A stretch of 64,000 nt of DNA from an archaeon (GCA_018697035.1 JABHSE010000004.1:131300-195299); one strand, 5' to 3'; positions 27,567 through 36,860 are shown, counted from the first letter of the stretch. Made by a program: numbers and translations. The notes: a model not told the origin generated them from the sequence alone.

Positions 27567-28133
27567 ATGAATTATTTAAAAATTAAAATATTGTGTTTAG
27601 TAGGTTTTGCTATCCTATGTCTGGCTTTGTTTTCCGGTTGTTTAAGTGATTATGGCAATGCAGTTGTAAGAGACTGGGGCAATACGGCAGTTAAGCAGGC
27701 AATTGTGAGTGGAGTTCAAAATGAGATTGAAGGGCAGAGAGGGACAACAGTTAATGTAAATAATAGTTATGCTAAGCCGGTTATAATAGAAAAACCAGAA
27801 TTAAAGGCATGGAAATATAAGGATTTTAATGGGAATGGAAGACCGGACGAAGCCGAATTTATTGTGTTGCGGTATGATGAGCCTGTAAATATTGATAATT
27901 TTGATTTGGTGGTAGCATTTTATCCTGTGAGAAATGGTTCTGATATCACATATTCTATATTTAGTCCCGGCGGATACAAAATTTCAGGAGCGAATCTTAG
28001 ATATGATAAGGCGGTTGTAATTGGAAAGGATAAAAATCAATATTTCGATTACAAAACTGGAAAGCATATATTCACTGCGGAAAAAGATAATCACTTTTTG
28101 TCCAGAGAGATAATGATTCTGAAAAATAATTAA
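27567..28133 (+). CDS. Lipoprotein (lipobox LFSGC), unknown function
   Basis: 188 aa with signal peptide KILCLVGFAILCLALFSGCLSD. GGGAG RBS. Confidence 0.65.
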   Translation: MNYLKIKILCLVGFAILCLALFSGCLSDYGNAVVRDWGNTAVKQAIVSGVQNEIEGQRGTTVNVNNSYAKPVIIEKPELKAWKYKDFNGNGRPDEAEFIVLRYDEPVNIDNFDLVVAFYPVRNGSDITYSIFSPGGYKISGANLRYDKAVVIGKDKNQYFDYKTGKHIFTAEKDNHFLSREIMILKNN

Positions 28134-28180
28134 TTTTTCAACAGGGAACATTTTATAAATATCTTGTACCATAACTTCTG

Positions 28181-30259
28181 ATGGGGAAAGAGAGAGTTGG
28201 TATTAAGGAAAAAGCCGTTGCGAGCCTTCAGATTGTATCTTTGGTCGTATCATTTTTGGCTTTTAGTTATTTCATTTATTCTGTAGATATCGTTAGTGGC
28301 AGTATGCCAAGCACCATTTCTCTTGGAAACAAACCCCCTCAAATGTCTATTCCGTCTGGTGGATCTCATGGTCACAATCGTGATGATGGAAGTATGCCAA
28401 GCTCTATCAACTCCCCTGGTGGCTCTGTTCAAAATAAAGAATCAATTGGGTCTTCATATAGTTCAAATTTGTTGGGCTTCAGCAAAGGTGGCACTTCTGA
28501 TGCTCTTGCAAGCGGGTTGCAGTGGGCAGCGATTGCCTATTATGCCGGGACGATGCTTGGGGATATGTTTGGGATGACTGAAAAGAATTCGAAAGCTTTG
28601 GGGATGAGTTTGGCGGCTGGCCTTGGGACGTATAAGACGTTGGATACATTTGCCTTTGAAAACGAATTTGGCGCACAATATTTGGGGCAAAATTTTGGTG
28701 TAATTGGTCTCGGCGTCGGTGTTTTGATTTTTGTTTTGATGTATAAGGATGTTGAGACTCAAGTTGTGACTTTTGATTGTATGCCGTGGCAGGCGCCGAG
28801 TGGCGGAGATAGTTGTGATGTCTGTAATGATGCTGATTTGCCGTGTTCGGAATATAGGTGTAAGGCCTTGGGGCAGAGTTGTGAAATTGTGAACGAGGGA
28901 ACGGAAGAAGAAAAATGTGTTTATGTAAATCCGACTGATGTGAACCCGCCTATTATTAAGCCGAATTATGACGAGTTGTCGAAGGGGCATGAGTATAAGA
29001 ATGTTAAGAGTTCGCCGCCTGGGCCTGGGTTTAATATTGTGAATGTTGCTACGAAGGATGGATGCTTGAAGGCGTTCACACCTTTGGAAATGGGCCTCGT
29101 AACTGATGAGCCGGCGCAGTGTAAGATTGATTTTAATCATACTACGAAGTTTGATGATATGACTGCTTTCTTTGGTGGGAGTAATTTGTATAGTTATAAT
29201 CATAGTGAGGCGTTTAGTTTGCCTGAGGCGGCGGAGATTGAGGGTAGTGGTTTTGTTTTGGAGAATGGGAAGGATATGGTGTTTTATGTTCGGTGTAAGG
29301 ACAAGAATGGGAATGAGAATTCGGCTGAGTATGCTGTGAAGTTTTGTGTTGATCCAAGTCCTGACACGACAGCGCCGAGGATTGATGCTACTTCGATTTT
29401 GAATGGTGGGTGTGTTGCCGAGGATGTTGATAGCGCTGAGGTTGTGTTTTATGTGAATGAGCCTTCTGAATGTAAGTGGAGTTTTCAGGACCAGGATTAT
29501 GATTTAATGGAGAGTGATATGAGTTGCTCGAGTTCTTATCAGCAGGTTAATGCGTTGCAGTTGTTTGGATGTAGTGCTGAGTTGACTGGGATTCCGAGAG
29601 ATGGGACGAGTTATTATGTTCGATGTAAGGACCAGCCGAGGATAAATGAATCTGATAGAAATGAGAATAGGGAGAGTTTTGAGTTTAGTTCGAGGGGCAG
29701 TACTGCTTTGGTTTTGAAAAATCTGCAGCCTAATGGGAGTATCTCTGGAGGGGTGAGCCCTGTGCCGATTGAACTTTATGCTGAGACAATGTTTGGCTGT
29801 AATGAGGGTCGTTCTGTTTGTGGATGGTCTGGTGATGGGAGTAATTATATTCAGTTCTTTGATACGGATAAGGAAGACGGGATTCATACGCAGAGGTTGG
29901 ACTTGGTTGATGGGAAGCATAAGTATTATGTGAAGTGTGTTGATGAGGGTGGTAATCTGGTTGAAGATAGTGTGGAGTTTGAGGTTGATATTGATAGTAA
30001 CCCTCCTATGATTGCTCGGGTTTATGAGGAGGGTGATATGCTGAAGATTGTGACGATTCGGGATAGTGAGTGTTCGTATAGTTTTGATGATTGTGATTTT
30101 TCGGTTGCGCAGGGTGTTGAGATGCCTTATGGGAATACGACGATTCATATTGCGGAGTGGAATGAGGATAAGACTTATTATATCAAGTGTCGGGATGAGT
30201 TTTTGAATGAGGGGGCGGAGGGTTCTTTAGTGGTGCGGCCGACATCAAATTTTTTATAA
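28181..30259 (+). CDS. Membrane-anchored, Cys-rich surface protein with four ~100-aa repeats
   Basis: 692 aa with an N-terminal TM and a second TM (VIGLGVGVLIFVLMY). The recurring module ends in FYVRCKDKNGNEN, YYVRCKDQPRINE, YYVKCVDEGGNLV and YYIKCRDEFLNEG. No SD. The coding strand is strongly G/T-rich. Confidence 0.7.
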   Translation: MGKERVGIKEKAVASLQIVSLVVSFLAFSYFIYSVDIVSGSMPSTISLGNKPPQMSIPSGGSHGHNRDDGSMPSSINSPGGSVQNKESIGSSYSSNLLGFSKGGTSDALASGLQWAAIAYYAGTMLGDMFGMTEKNSKALGMSLAAGLGTYKTLDTFAFENEFGAQYLGQNFGVIGLGVGVLIFVLMYKDVETQVVTFDCMPWQAPSGGDSCDVCNDADLPCSEYRCKALGQSCEIVNEGTEEEKCVYVNPTDVNPPIIKPNYDELSKGHEYKNVKSSPPGPGFNIVNVATKDGCLKAFTPLEMGLVTDEPAQCKIDFNHTTKFDDMTAFFGGSNLYSYNHSEAFSLPEAAEIEGSGFVLENGKDMVFYVRCKDKNGNENSAEYAVKFCVDPSPDTTAPRIDATSILNGGCVAEDVDSAEVVFYVNEPSECKWSFQDQDYDLMESDMSCSSSYQQVNALQLFGCSAELTGIPRDGTSYYVRCKDQPRINESDRNENRESFEFSSRGSTALVLKNLQPNGSISGGVSPVPIELYAETMFGCNEGRSVCGWSGDGSNYIQFFDTDKEDGIHTQRLDLVDGKHKYYVKCVDEGGNLVEDSVEFEVDIDSNPPMIARVYEEGDMLKIVTIRDSECSYSFDDCDFSVAQGVEMPYGNTTIHIAEWNEDKTYYIKCRDEFLNEGAEGSLVVRPTSNFL

Positions 30260-30316
30260 TGAGATGAACTGATTAAATTGTTTTTTATATGTCTTCTCTG
30301 GTGTTTTCTCGTCCCC

Positions 30317-30343
30317 AATCCTTATACAATCCTTAAAATCTCT
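30317..30343 (+). promoter_or_regulatory. Copy A of the recurring TATA-like motif
   Basis: aatccttatacaatccttaaaatctct. The second A/T box lies about 25-30 nt upstream of the ATG at 30364. Confidence 0.45.
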
Positions 30344-30363
30344 TGCACTCCATAATAACAAAA

Positions 30364-30903
30364 ATGGAAAACAAATATTTATCCCCAGCAATATATCCAG
30401 ATGTAGTTTCCACTTCCTCGGGAGACTACGGCAAAACAGCGACCCCCTTTGTCCACAAAGAATTGAAAAAATCTTTGGAACTGGTTGTCTCAAACCCACA
30501 AGCCAAACAAAAAAGCTGTCCACTCGAAGACATGTTTTCCGACAAGGCCAAAACCCTGAAAGCATCTGTTAATGCATTATTAGAAGAAATAAAATTGCGT
30601 GAAGATCTGAACGCTTATCAGACCAAAAAAATTAATGGTGAGATATGCAGACAGCACACTGAACTGATGCAGTTAGAAAACCTTAAAGATCATTATCCGT
30701 TTAATCTGACAAAAGATCTCAGTGAGACAAAGGCAAATATTGAAACGAATGTGTTTGAGCTTGAGAAAGAGAAGCGGCAGGAAGGCTTGGAGTGTTGGCG
30801 AGATTTGATGTTTTTGAAAAAATATTTGATGGTTTCGTTGAAGGATTATTGGGAGTTGGCGAGAAAGCGGGGGGTGCTGAAAGGAGGTAGTTTGGAGAAA
30901 TAA
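30364..30903 (+). CDS. Coiled-coil protein, unknown function
   Basis: The start is moved from the TTG at 30343 to the ATG at 30364 (MENKYL) because of its spacing to the TATA-like box. The heptad-rich middle includes EIKLREDLNAYQTKKINGEICRQHTELMQLENL. Confidence 0.5.
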   Translation: MENKYLSPAIYPDVVSTSSGDYGKTATPFVHKELKKSLELVVSNPQAKQKSCPLEDMFSDKAKTLKASVNALLEEIKLREDLNAYQTKKINGEICRQHTELMQLENLKDHYPFNLTKDLSETKANIETNVFELEKEKRQEGLECWRDLMFLKKYLMVSLKDYWELARKRGVLKGGSLEK

Positions 30904-31302
30904 GAATTAATCATAAACTGATACAAAATTCAACCACTACGTTGCTGAAAATCCATAAAATGCTGTTGCGATTAAATCTTCTTCTTAGATTTTACATAAT
31001 GATCGATCTTCGAATTTGCAAATAATTTCATCCAAGGATAATTTCGGTGGATATAGACTTGGCCTATTTAACTTAAAGGATTGCCTTACTTCAACGCTGC
31101 AAGCAGCGGGGAGACAAAGGGATATCCATTGTCTTGAAAACGGAACTGTACTGGCAAATCGATTGAACGATTGGGATGATATATTTTTTCTAAAAAATGC
31201 AGCAAAAAAATTAAAAGAAATTGATTCTTTACCACCAAGACTGTCTTGGCTTCACTCGTGATCTGTACTTTCTGTGCGATTAATATTTTCTGACAAAATC
31301 CT

Positions 31303-31710
31303 TCATATGACTTTTTTTCTGAATGCGAGGTACGTTCTCCCCTTTTTGAATCCCAACTTTTTGAAAAAATCTTTTTGTTTAATGTCAGAATAGGTATCTA
31401 TAGTTAATGCTCCTTCTCTTTTTACTTTCCCCTCAAATTCTTTGACAAGGGCTCTCCCAATACCTTTTTTATGGAACTCAGGCTTTACTACAATTCCCAA
31501 AAGGTCAGACCAAGCTTCAAATTTATTATACTTTCCAAAACATACCCCCACTATATTTTTCTTTTCTTCTGCTATTAAAAGGATTCCTTCTTTTAACATC
31601 CTTTCATAAAAACTCTCCGGAAACGTATTTTCATCAACATCCATTTCTTCAAATGAATCAACGAATTTTTTAATTTGAGGGATCTCTTCAGGTTTTATAT
31701 CCCTTATCAT
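31303..31710 (-). CDS. GNAT-family N-acetyltransferase
   Basis: 135 aa. Acetyl-CoA motif A: VVKPEFHKKGIGRALV. Confidence 0.8.
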   Translation of the reverse strand: MIRDIKPEEIPQIKKFVDSFEEMDVDENTFPESFYERMLKEGILLIAEEKKNIVGVCFGKYNKFEAWSDLLGIVVKPEFHKKGIGRALVKEFEGKVKREGALTIDTYSDIKQKDFFKKLGFKKGRTYLAFRKKVI

Positions 31711-31826
31711 TCAATAATGAAAAATAGTGTTATTTTTATATGTTATGAATTTGCTATAACAGACAATGGAAAAACGAATTTGTTGAATAATTACTAAAGC
31801 CCAGGATGTGATTGAGATTCGATAAT

Positions 31827-32261
31827 TTACAGATTTAGCGACATTAAAATATATTCGTTATCATATCTTAATGTAATTTGCCTAAATCCCAAATGCTTAT
31901 AGAAAGACGGTGTTTTTGTAGATATAAGTATCATCTTCGCTTTAACATCTTTTGTCTCTTTAATTCTCTTAATTAAATCACATATCAGCATGCTTCCAAC
32001 TCCTCCTCTTCTGTATTTAGGATTTACATTTACCCAGAACACATTAAAGATCGCATTATCCAGCCACGATGAATTAAACCCACCAAAGGCAATGATTTTT
32101 TTCTTTTCTTCTGCAACAATATATATTGGTTTACATAAAGATTTAGAAAACATTTCTTGAATCTCCATAAGGGCCATCTGTTTAGCATATTTTGGGTTAT
32201 TACTTTTAATAATTTCTAAGATTTGAAAAATGTCTTTTTCCTTTGCCTTTCTGAATTCCAT
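31827..32261 (-). CDS. GNAT-family N-acetyltransferase
   Basis: Motif A: VNPKYRRGGVGSMLI. The ATG at 32261 is preferred over the TTG at 32270. Confidence 0.8.
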   Translation of the reverse strand: MEFRKAKEKDIFQILEIIKSNNPKYAKQMALMEIQEMFSKSLCKPIYIVAEEKKKIIAFGGFNSSWLDNAIFNVFWVNVNPKYRRGGVGSMLICDLIKRIKETKDVKAKMILISTKTPSFYKHLGFRQITLRYDNEYILMSLNL

Positions 32262-32800
32262 GGAGATCAATATTCGAATGGGTTTATAACTTTTCGCATG
32301 CTATTGCTACAGATAATTCCTGACCTATCTACATTGATCATCAATCCCATCTCATTTCGGCATTATTGTAGAAAACGGTAAAATTGAAGTACGCTGAAGT
32401 TTATATTCCCTCGTAGGAAACACAAAATGGTTTATATAAATTATTCCAACATGAGAAAGAGTTATTAGGCAGCGAGACTGCGACCGATATCTATATGTCC
32501 GACGGATTAAACGGGCTTGAGCAAGAGATGCATATGGAAGAATAATTATGAAACAACGACAAGAAACCTTTTAGTGTGGTGATAGAAAAGCATATAGCAT
32601 GACTGAAGGGATTTAATTGTAGTATAATATTGAACCGACAAGAAGCAACACGCTGGACGTATTGCCTCTTGCCGAATAAAGTATGCTTACCGCTTGCTCT
32701 TGCAAAAAATAATACAACTGCTTTTACGCGTTCCTTTCTTAACAACTTTCATATCGCATCTCACCTCCTTTCTATTTAAATCTAAAACTTCCTATATTTT

Positions 32801-34108
32801 TTACTGGATTTCACTTATGACCAACTTTGTTGAAACCTTTTCAAAATACTCTTTTTCACAGCAAAGGGCATCCGTATCACCTTTTTGTAAAATGGCTCCG
32901 ACTCTGCATCCACCACCACAAATAGGTACAAATTTACAATCTTTGCACTTCCTCCAAAGATTAGCGGTCATAATTTTCACATTGAGAGGATTAAAGCGAA
33001 CTTCCGTCGGATCATCTTTTATGTTACCTAAAGCGTATTCTTTTCTACCTGCCAATGTCACACAGTTGTATATGTCTCCGCTTGGATCAATACTATAGGT
33101 GTGATCTCGCATAGCTTCACAAGGACCTAACGCAATGTCTTTATATGGCTTGAATCCTCTTTTTTCGATCTCCTGGATGAGCCAGAAAATATCATCAACA
33201 TTGGTTTCTGAGAATGCACACGCTTTAATAGAATGGACTGATTGTTTCTTATGGCCCGGGAATCCCAAAATTGGTTTGAAACTCATTTTCTCGATTTCAT
33301 CATTAAACCCCATATTCTTCAAGTCATCCAACAAGATTGGAATATGTTTCTTGGTTGCATCATCATAGTTACCACCTATGGCTATAGGAATCTTTCCTTT
33401 TATTTGCAGTAAATTTTTTACTATATCCCTATAGGTACCCTTACCATTTTTACGAGGCCTCATACGGTCGTGACATGCTTCATCTCCATCTATAGTTACT
33501 TTAACCAATCTCAAGCCCAACGGTCTCAAGTAATCCACCAAATCTGGTGTAAGAAGAAGCCCATTAGTTATAATTTCTATATGTAGAGTAACACCCAGTA
33601 TTTTTGATTTAGAATAAAGAGTCTCACTTATAAATCTCACTGCTTCCGAATTCATAAGAGGTTCGCCTCCGAAAAATACGATGATCAACTCCTTAGGGCG
33701 TAGGTTTTCCATTTTGATAGAGAGCCATTTGCAAACATTTGAGGCCATCTCTTTACTCATTGACATATTGGATTTCACCCCCTGCTCAAAACAATAAACA
33801 CACTTCATATTGCATGCCAAAGTTGTGAGAATGTTCGCACTTATGATTGTGGAATTGAATTTTACTCCCTGAAACCAGTATTCAATTGCTCTGTCTTCAT
33901 CCACATTATCATCTAATACGATACCGAGCTCTTTTAGTTGACATAGCTGGCCTTTCTGTTTGTCATTCAGCAAATGGGGTTGGCCACAGTTTTTTATAGC
34001 ATCAATCGTTTCGCAATCGGCTATGACTCTAGAATCAGAGAAAGTATTAAAGATAACTTCTTTCTCATCACAGAAAGGTATAAATACATTGAATTTTGAC
34101 TTTTTCAT
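32801..34108 (-). CDS. Radical SAM enzyme with C-terminal SPASM domain (RiPP-maturase-like; about 100-aa N-terminal extension)
   Basis: CNMKCVYC is the CxxxCxxC motif. The C-terminal auxiliary-cluster motif is CKDCKFVPICGGGCR. The ~100 aa before the rSAM core are compatible with a peptide-recognition (RRE-like) domain. Confidence 0.85.
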   Translation of the reverse strand: MKKSKFNVFIPFCDEKEVIFNTFSDSRVIADCETIDAIKNCGQPHLLNDKQKGQLCQLKELGIVLDDNVDEDRAIEYWFQGVKFNSTIISANILTTLACNMKCVYCFEQGVKSNMSMSKEMASNVCKWLSIKMENLRPKELIIVFFGGEPLMNSEAVRFISETLYSKSKILGVTLHIEIITNGLLLTPDLVDYLRPLGLRLVKVTIDGDEACHDRMRPRKNGKGTYRDIVKNLLQIKGKIPIAIGGNYDDATKKHIPILLDDLKNMGFNDEIEKMSFKPILGFPGHKKQSVHSIKACAFSETNVDDIFWLIQEIEKRGFKPYKDIALGPCEAMRDHTYSIDPSGDIYNCVTLAGRKEYALGNIKDDPTEVRFNPLNVKIMTANLWRKCKDCKFVPICGGGCRVGAILQKGDTDALCCEKEYFEKVSTKLVISEIQ

Positions 34109-34508
34109 CACAAGCTTCCTTTCACCATTGCATTGTAAGTTGGTGCGATATGAATCATACTTTTTCCTTAAATATTCAACAATATTTATAGTTTGGTTTT
34201 TAATGGAAAACGTATGCTACAATCTTTACACATTAGTGGATAATCGCCAAATTTTTCTCCTGGCTTTTACCGATTGATTATTATTTACATCTGTGAAGGT
34301 TTTATTTGAATGAGAATCTGTTACCACAACATTTATTCTCACAACTTAATAGTAAATTAAACAGTAGTGTACATCATTTTCTGTATATTTGTAATTCCTC
34401 ATTGTCAAGTAAAATGATTAAATATTTTATGAGTTATTGCGTTTAATCAAAATGAGGATAGATATCTAATTGCTTATTTTAACTTTCCCTACTTTCAGCC
34501 TCATTCTT

Positions 34509-34535
34509 AATCCTTATACAACCAATATAAACTCC
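34509..34535 (+). promoter_or_regulatory. Copy B of the recurring TATA-like motif
   Basis: aatccttatacaaccaatataaactcc, 65 nt upstream of the ATG at 34600. Confidence 0.4.
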
Positions 34536-34599
34536 ATTTTACAACCAACCCCATATCCCCTATCTACGCATTCGCTCCCACAAAATCATCCACCCCAAA

Positions 34600-36792
34600 A
34601 TGAACCCCCAACAAGAAACCGAAACCCTCTGCAAAAAACTAAAACCCGTCATCGGCGATCAAGCAGACATGCTCTGGCACATGTATCTATCAGAAGACGA
34701 CCTTAACAGAAGAAAGTTTGCCCAGGATATCGAAATAATCGCTGAAAAATTCCTCAAAGAACAGCCTTTGGAAAACAGACAAATCCTTCTTGAACCCCCA
34801 AGCAAAGAAAACTCAAAAGGAACATACCTTCTTGGAGATGTTATCTACAATAAAAAGAAACTCCATCCCCTTTACCTCAAACAAGAAGACTTCCTAAAAC
34901 AAGTCGGAATTTTCGCAATCACCGGAGAAGGTAAAACCAATCTTGCATATCTTCTTGCATTACAGCTTTTAGAATCAAAGACACCATTCATGGTCATTGA
35001 CTGGAAGCGGTCATGGAGGAATCTTCTTTCATTAGAAAACAAACATCCTGAATTAAAAAATGTGCAGGTTCTAACAATCGGAAGAGATACACTTCCCTTC
35101 TTATGGAATGTATTCAGAGAGCCGCCAGGCACAGATAAAAATTTCTGGGTTGGGACAATATCAGATGCACTCGAAAGGTCTCACCTCTCAGGCCCGGGAG
35201 TCGCTTATTATTTTAATAAAATTTATTCAAAACTATACAAAGGTCTTCCTGATGACTTTTACCCGAATTTCTTTGACGGTATTAGAGAACTTCGAAATAT
35301 CAAGGTATTTGGTCGAGAGGCAAATTGGAAACAGACTGCCCAAAGAATTTTTCAATCTTTTACTCTTGGAAGAGCCTCAAAGGTTTTCAATGCAAGAAAT
35401 CCAATCAAACTTGAAGAGTTGTTAGATAAACCGGTCATTCTTGAACTGGATTTGGAAATGCCAAAAGCACTCAGAATGTTTTTTTCTGAAATGATTTTGA
35501 GATGGATTCATCTTTATAGACTGAGCCGTGGAGAAACTGATAATTTGAAGCATGTTTTGTTTTTAGAGGAGGTGCATAACCTTTTTGCACAAACTTCCTT
35601 TAATAAAGATAATTCAAGTCTTGAAAATCTGTACAGGGAAATTAGAGGTTTTGGGCAGGGGATTGTTAGTATTACCCAACACCCCAGCCTATTACCAATT
35701 GAGCTTTTAGGGAACTGTCATACGCAGATTTATCTTGGACTCCAACACGCTGATGATATCACAATGGCCAGAAAGTCTCTCTTTTTAGATTATGAGGAGG
35801 ATGAATATTTGAATATTCTTAATGTCGGGGAGTGTATTGTTAAGATTAAGAATAGAGTTGAACCTTGCCTTGTTAAAACGCCTCTGGTGCATGTTCAAAA
35901 GGAGTTGGTGACAGATGAATGGTTGAAAGCGTTTAGCCTGGGTTCTCAGTTTTGGGAGTATTCCTGGAAAAAGGATGAAAATAACTTTGCATCCTTGAAA
36001 AATAATATTCAGGATATTTTGGATGGGAAAGTTCCTTTGACTGAAAATTTGAAACAGGAGAATACCCTGGACAAGAGACAAAAGAATACCCCTGGGTATT
36101 CTCCGGGTAATTCGGGAGGGAGCACATCAATTTCAACGGGGAATAAGTTAGAAAAGGAATCTGAGGGGGGTCTTTTATCGTCTGTTAATATAAAGAAGAA
36201 TAAAAGAAAATACCCCGATAAATCATGGCCTCAACATAGACTCCTTATCGATATTTTAAAGTATCCATTTTCAACTATAACCCAGAGATACAAGAGATTA
36301 AAATTATATGTGAAGCTTGGAAATAAATACAGGAAGGATTTGATTTCGGGAAAGTGTGTTCAGCCGAGAAAAATTATTACTGGGAAAGGTTGGATTACGC
36401 TTTTTGAGTTGACGCGGAAGGGGAAGATGGTTTTGGACGATTTGGGTTACGAATTTAAAAATGAAAGCGAAGGGGTTGTCCATAAATTTTGGAAACATAA
36501 GGTTAGCGAATTTTACAAGAATGAGGGATTGGATGTTCGAGTTGAGGAGTATTATGTGAATGGCAGGCCGGATATTATTGTTTTTAAGGATGGTAAAAAG
36601 GTTGCTATTGAGATTGAAACCGGGAAGTCTGATTATGTTAGGAATGTTGAGAGGGCACTTGCGGCTGGATTTGATGAGGTTGTGTGTGTCGCGGTGAATC
36701 GGTTTGTTGAGGATAAGATTTCGCGGGTTTTGAGGGAGAAAGGGGTTCGGGATGAGAGGGTTCGGGTTGTTGGGGTTCGGGGGTTTGGGTGA
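34600..36792 (+). CDS. HerA/FtsK-like (DUF87-type) P-loop ATPase fused to wHTH and a PD-(D/E)xK-like nuclease domain
   Basis: Walker A: FAITGEGKTNL. Walker B: HVLFLEEVHNLF. The C-terminus is wHTH-like (ITGKGWITLFELTRKG) followed by GRPDIIVFKDGKKVAIEIETGKS. It is a paralogue of the C-terminal fragment at 1-726. Confidence 0.8.
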   Translation: MNPQQETETLCKKLKPVIGDQADMLWHMYLSEDDLNRRKFAQDIEIIAEKFLKEQPLENRQILLEPPSKENSKGTYLLGDVIYNKKKLHPLYLKQEDFLKQVGIFAITGEGKTNLAYLLALQLLESKTPFMVIDWKRSWRNLLSLENKHPELKNVQVLTIGRDTLPFLWNVFREPPGTDKNFWVGTISDALERSHLSGPGVAYYFNKIYSKLYKGLPDDFYPNFFDGIRELRNIKVFGREANWKQTAQRIFQSFTLGRASKVFNARNPIKLEELLDKPVILELDLEMPKALRMFFSEMILRWIHLYRLSRGETDNLKHVLFLEEVHNLFAQTSFNKDNSSLENLYREIRGFGQGIVSITQHPSLLPIELLGNCHTQIYLGLQHADDITMARKSLFLDYEEDEYLNILNVGECIVKIKNRVEPCLVKTPLVHVQKELVTDEWLKAFSLGSQFWEYSWKKDENNFASLKNNIQDILDGKVPLTENLKQENTLDKRQKNTPGYSPGNSGGSTSISTGNKLEKESEGGLLSSVNIKKNKRKYPDKSWPQHRLLIDILKYPFSTITQRYKRLKLYVKLGNKYRKDLISGKCVQPRKIITGKGWITLFELTRKGKMVLDDLGYEFKNESEGVVHKFWKHKVSEFYKNEGLDVRVEEYYVNGRPDIIVFKDGKKVAIEIETGKSDYVRNVERALAAGFDEVVCVAVNRFVEDKISRVLREKGVRDERVRVVGVRGFG

Positions 36793-36794
36793 GG

Positions 36795-36860
36795 AATATT
36801 ATTATAAATATGAAGAATAATATTATTATAAATAAGTATTGACATATAAATATGAAGAAT
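36795..36860. repeat. Interleaved AT-rich direct repeats (iteron-like)
   Basis: aatattattataaata occurs at 36795-36810 and 36819-36834. tataaatatgaagaat occurs at 36803-36818 and 36845-36860. Confidence 0.7.

Noticed and set aside
28250-30148. Minus-strand ORFs of 246 and 214 aa, and smaller ones, inside the repeat surface-protein gene.
   Set aside because: They are antisense to a 692-aa ORF with internal repeat structure. Their products are R/I/N/T/L-rich and low-complexity, caused by the G/T-rich sense strand.
31016-31261. 81-aa TTG-start ORF between the coiled-coil gene and the GNAT genes.
   Set aside because: It has no ATG start, no RBS or TATA-like box at a suitable distance, and no recognisable motif. 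The support is insufficient to call it a gene.
32491-32745. 84-aa minus-strand ORF (TTG start) downstream of the rSAM gene, considered as a Cys-containing precursor peptide.
   Set aside because: It has no ATG or well-spaced RBS for this frame, and its sequence is hydrophobic and unstructured-looking. It is mentioned only as background to the mini-ORF hypothesis and is not supported as a gene.
34470-34706. 78-aa P/T/H-rich ORF overlapping the start of the HerA-like gene.
   Set aside because: It begins inside the promoter-like motif region, is out of frame with the well-supported ATPase gene, and reflects the C-rich composition.
36795-36860. AT-rich direct repeats considered as a CRISPR array.
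   Set aside because: There are only two copies each of two 16-mers, overlapping one another, with no regular repeat-spacer periodicity and no cas genes. No CRISPR array was seen anywhere in the window.
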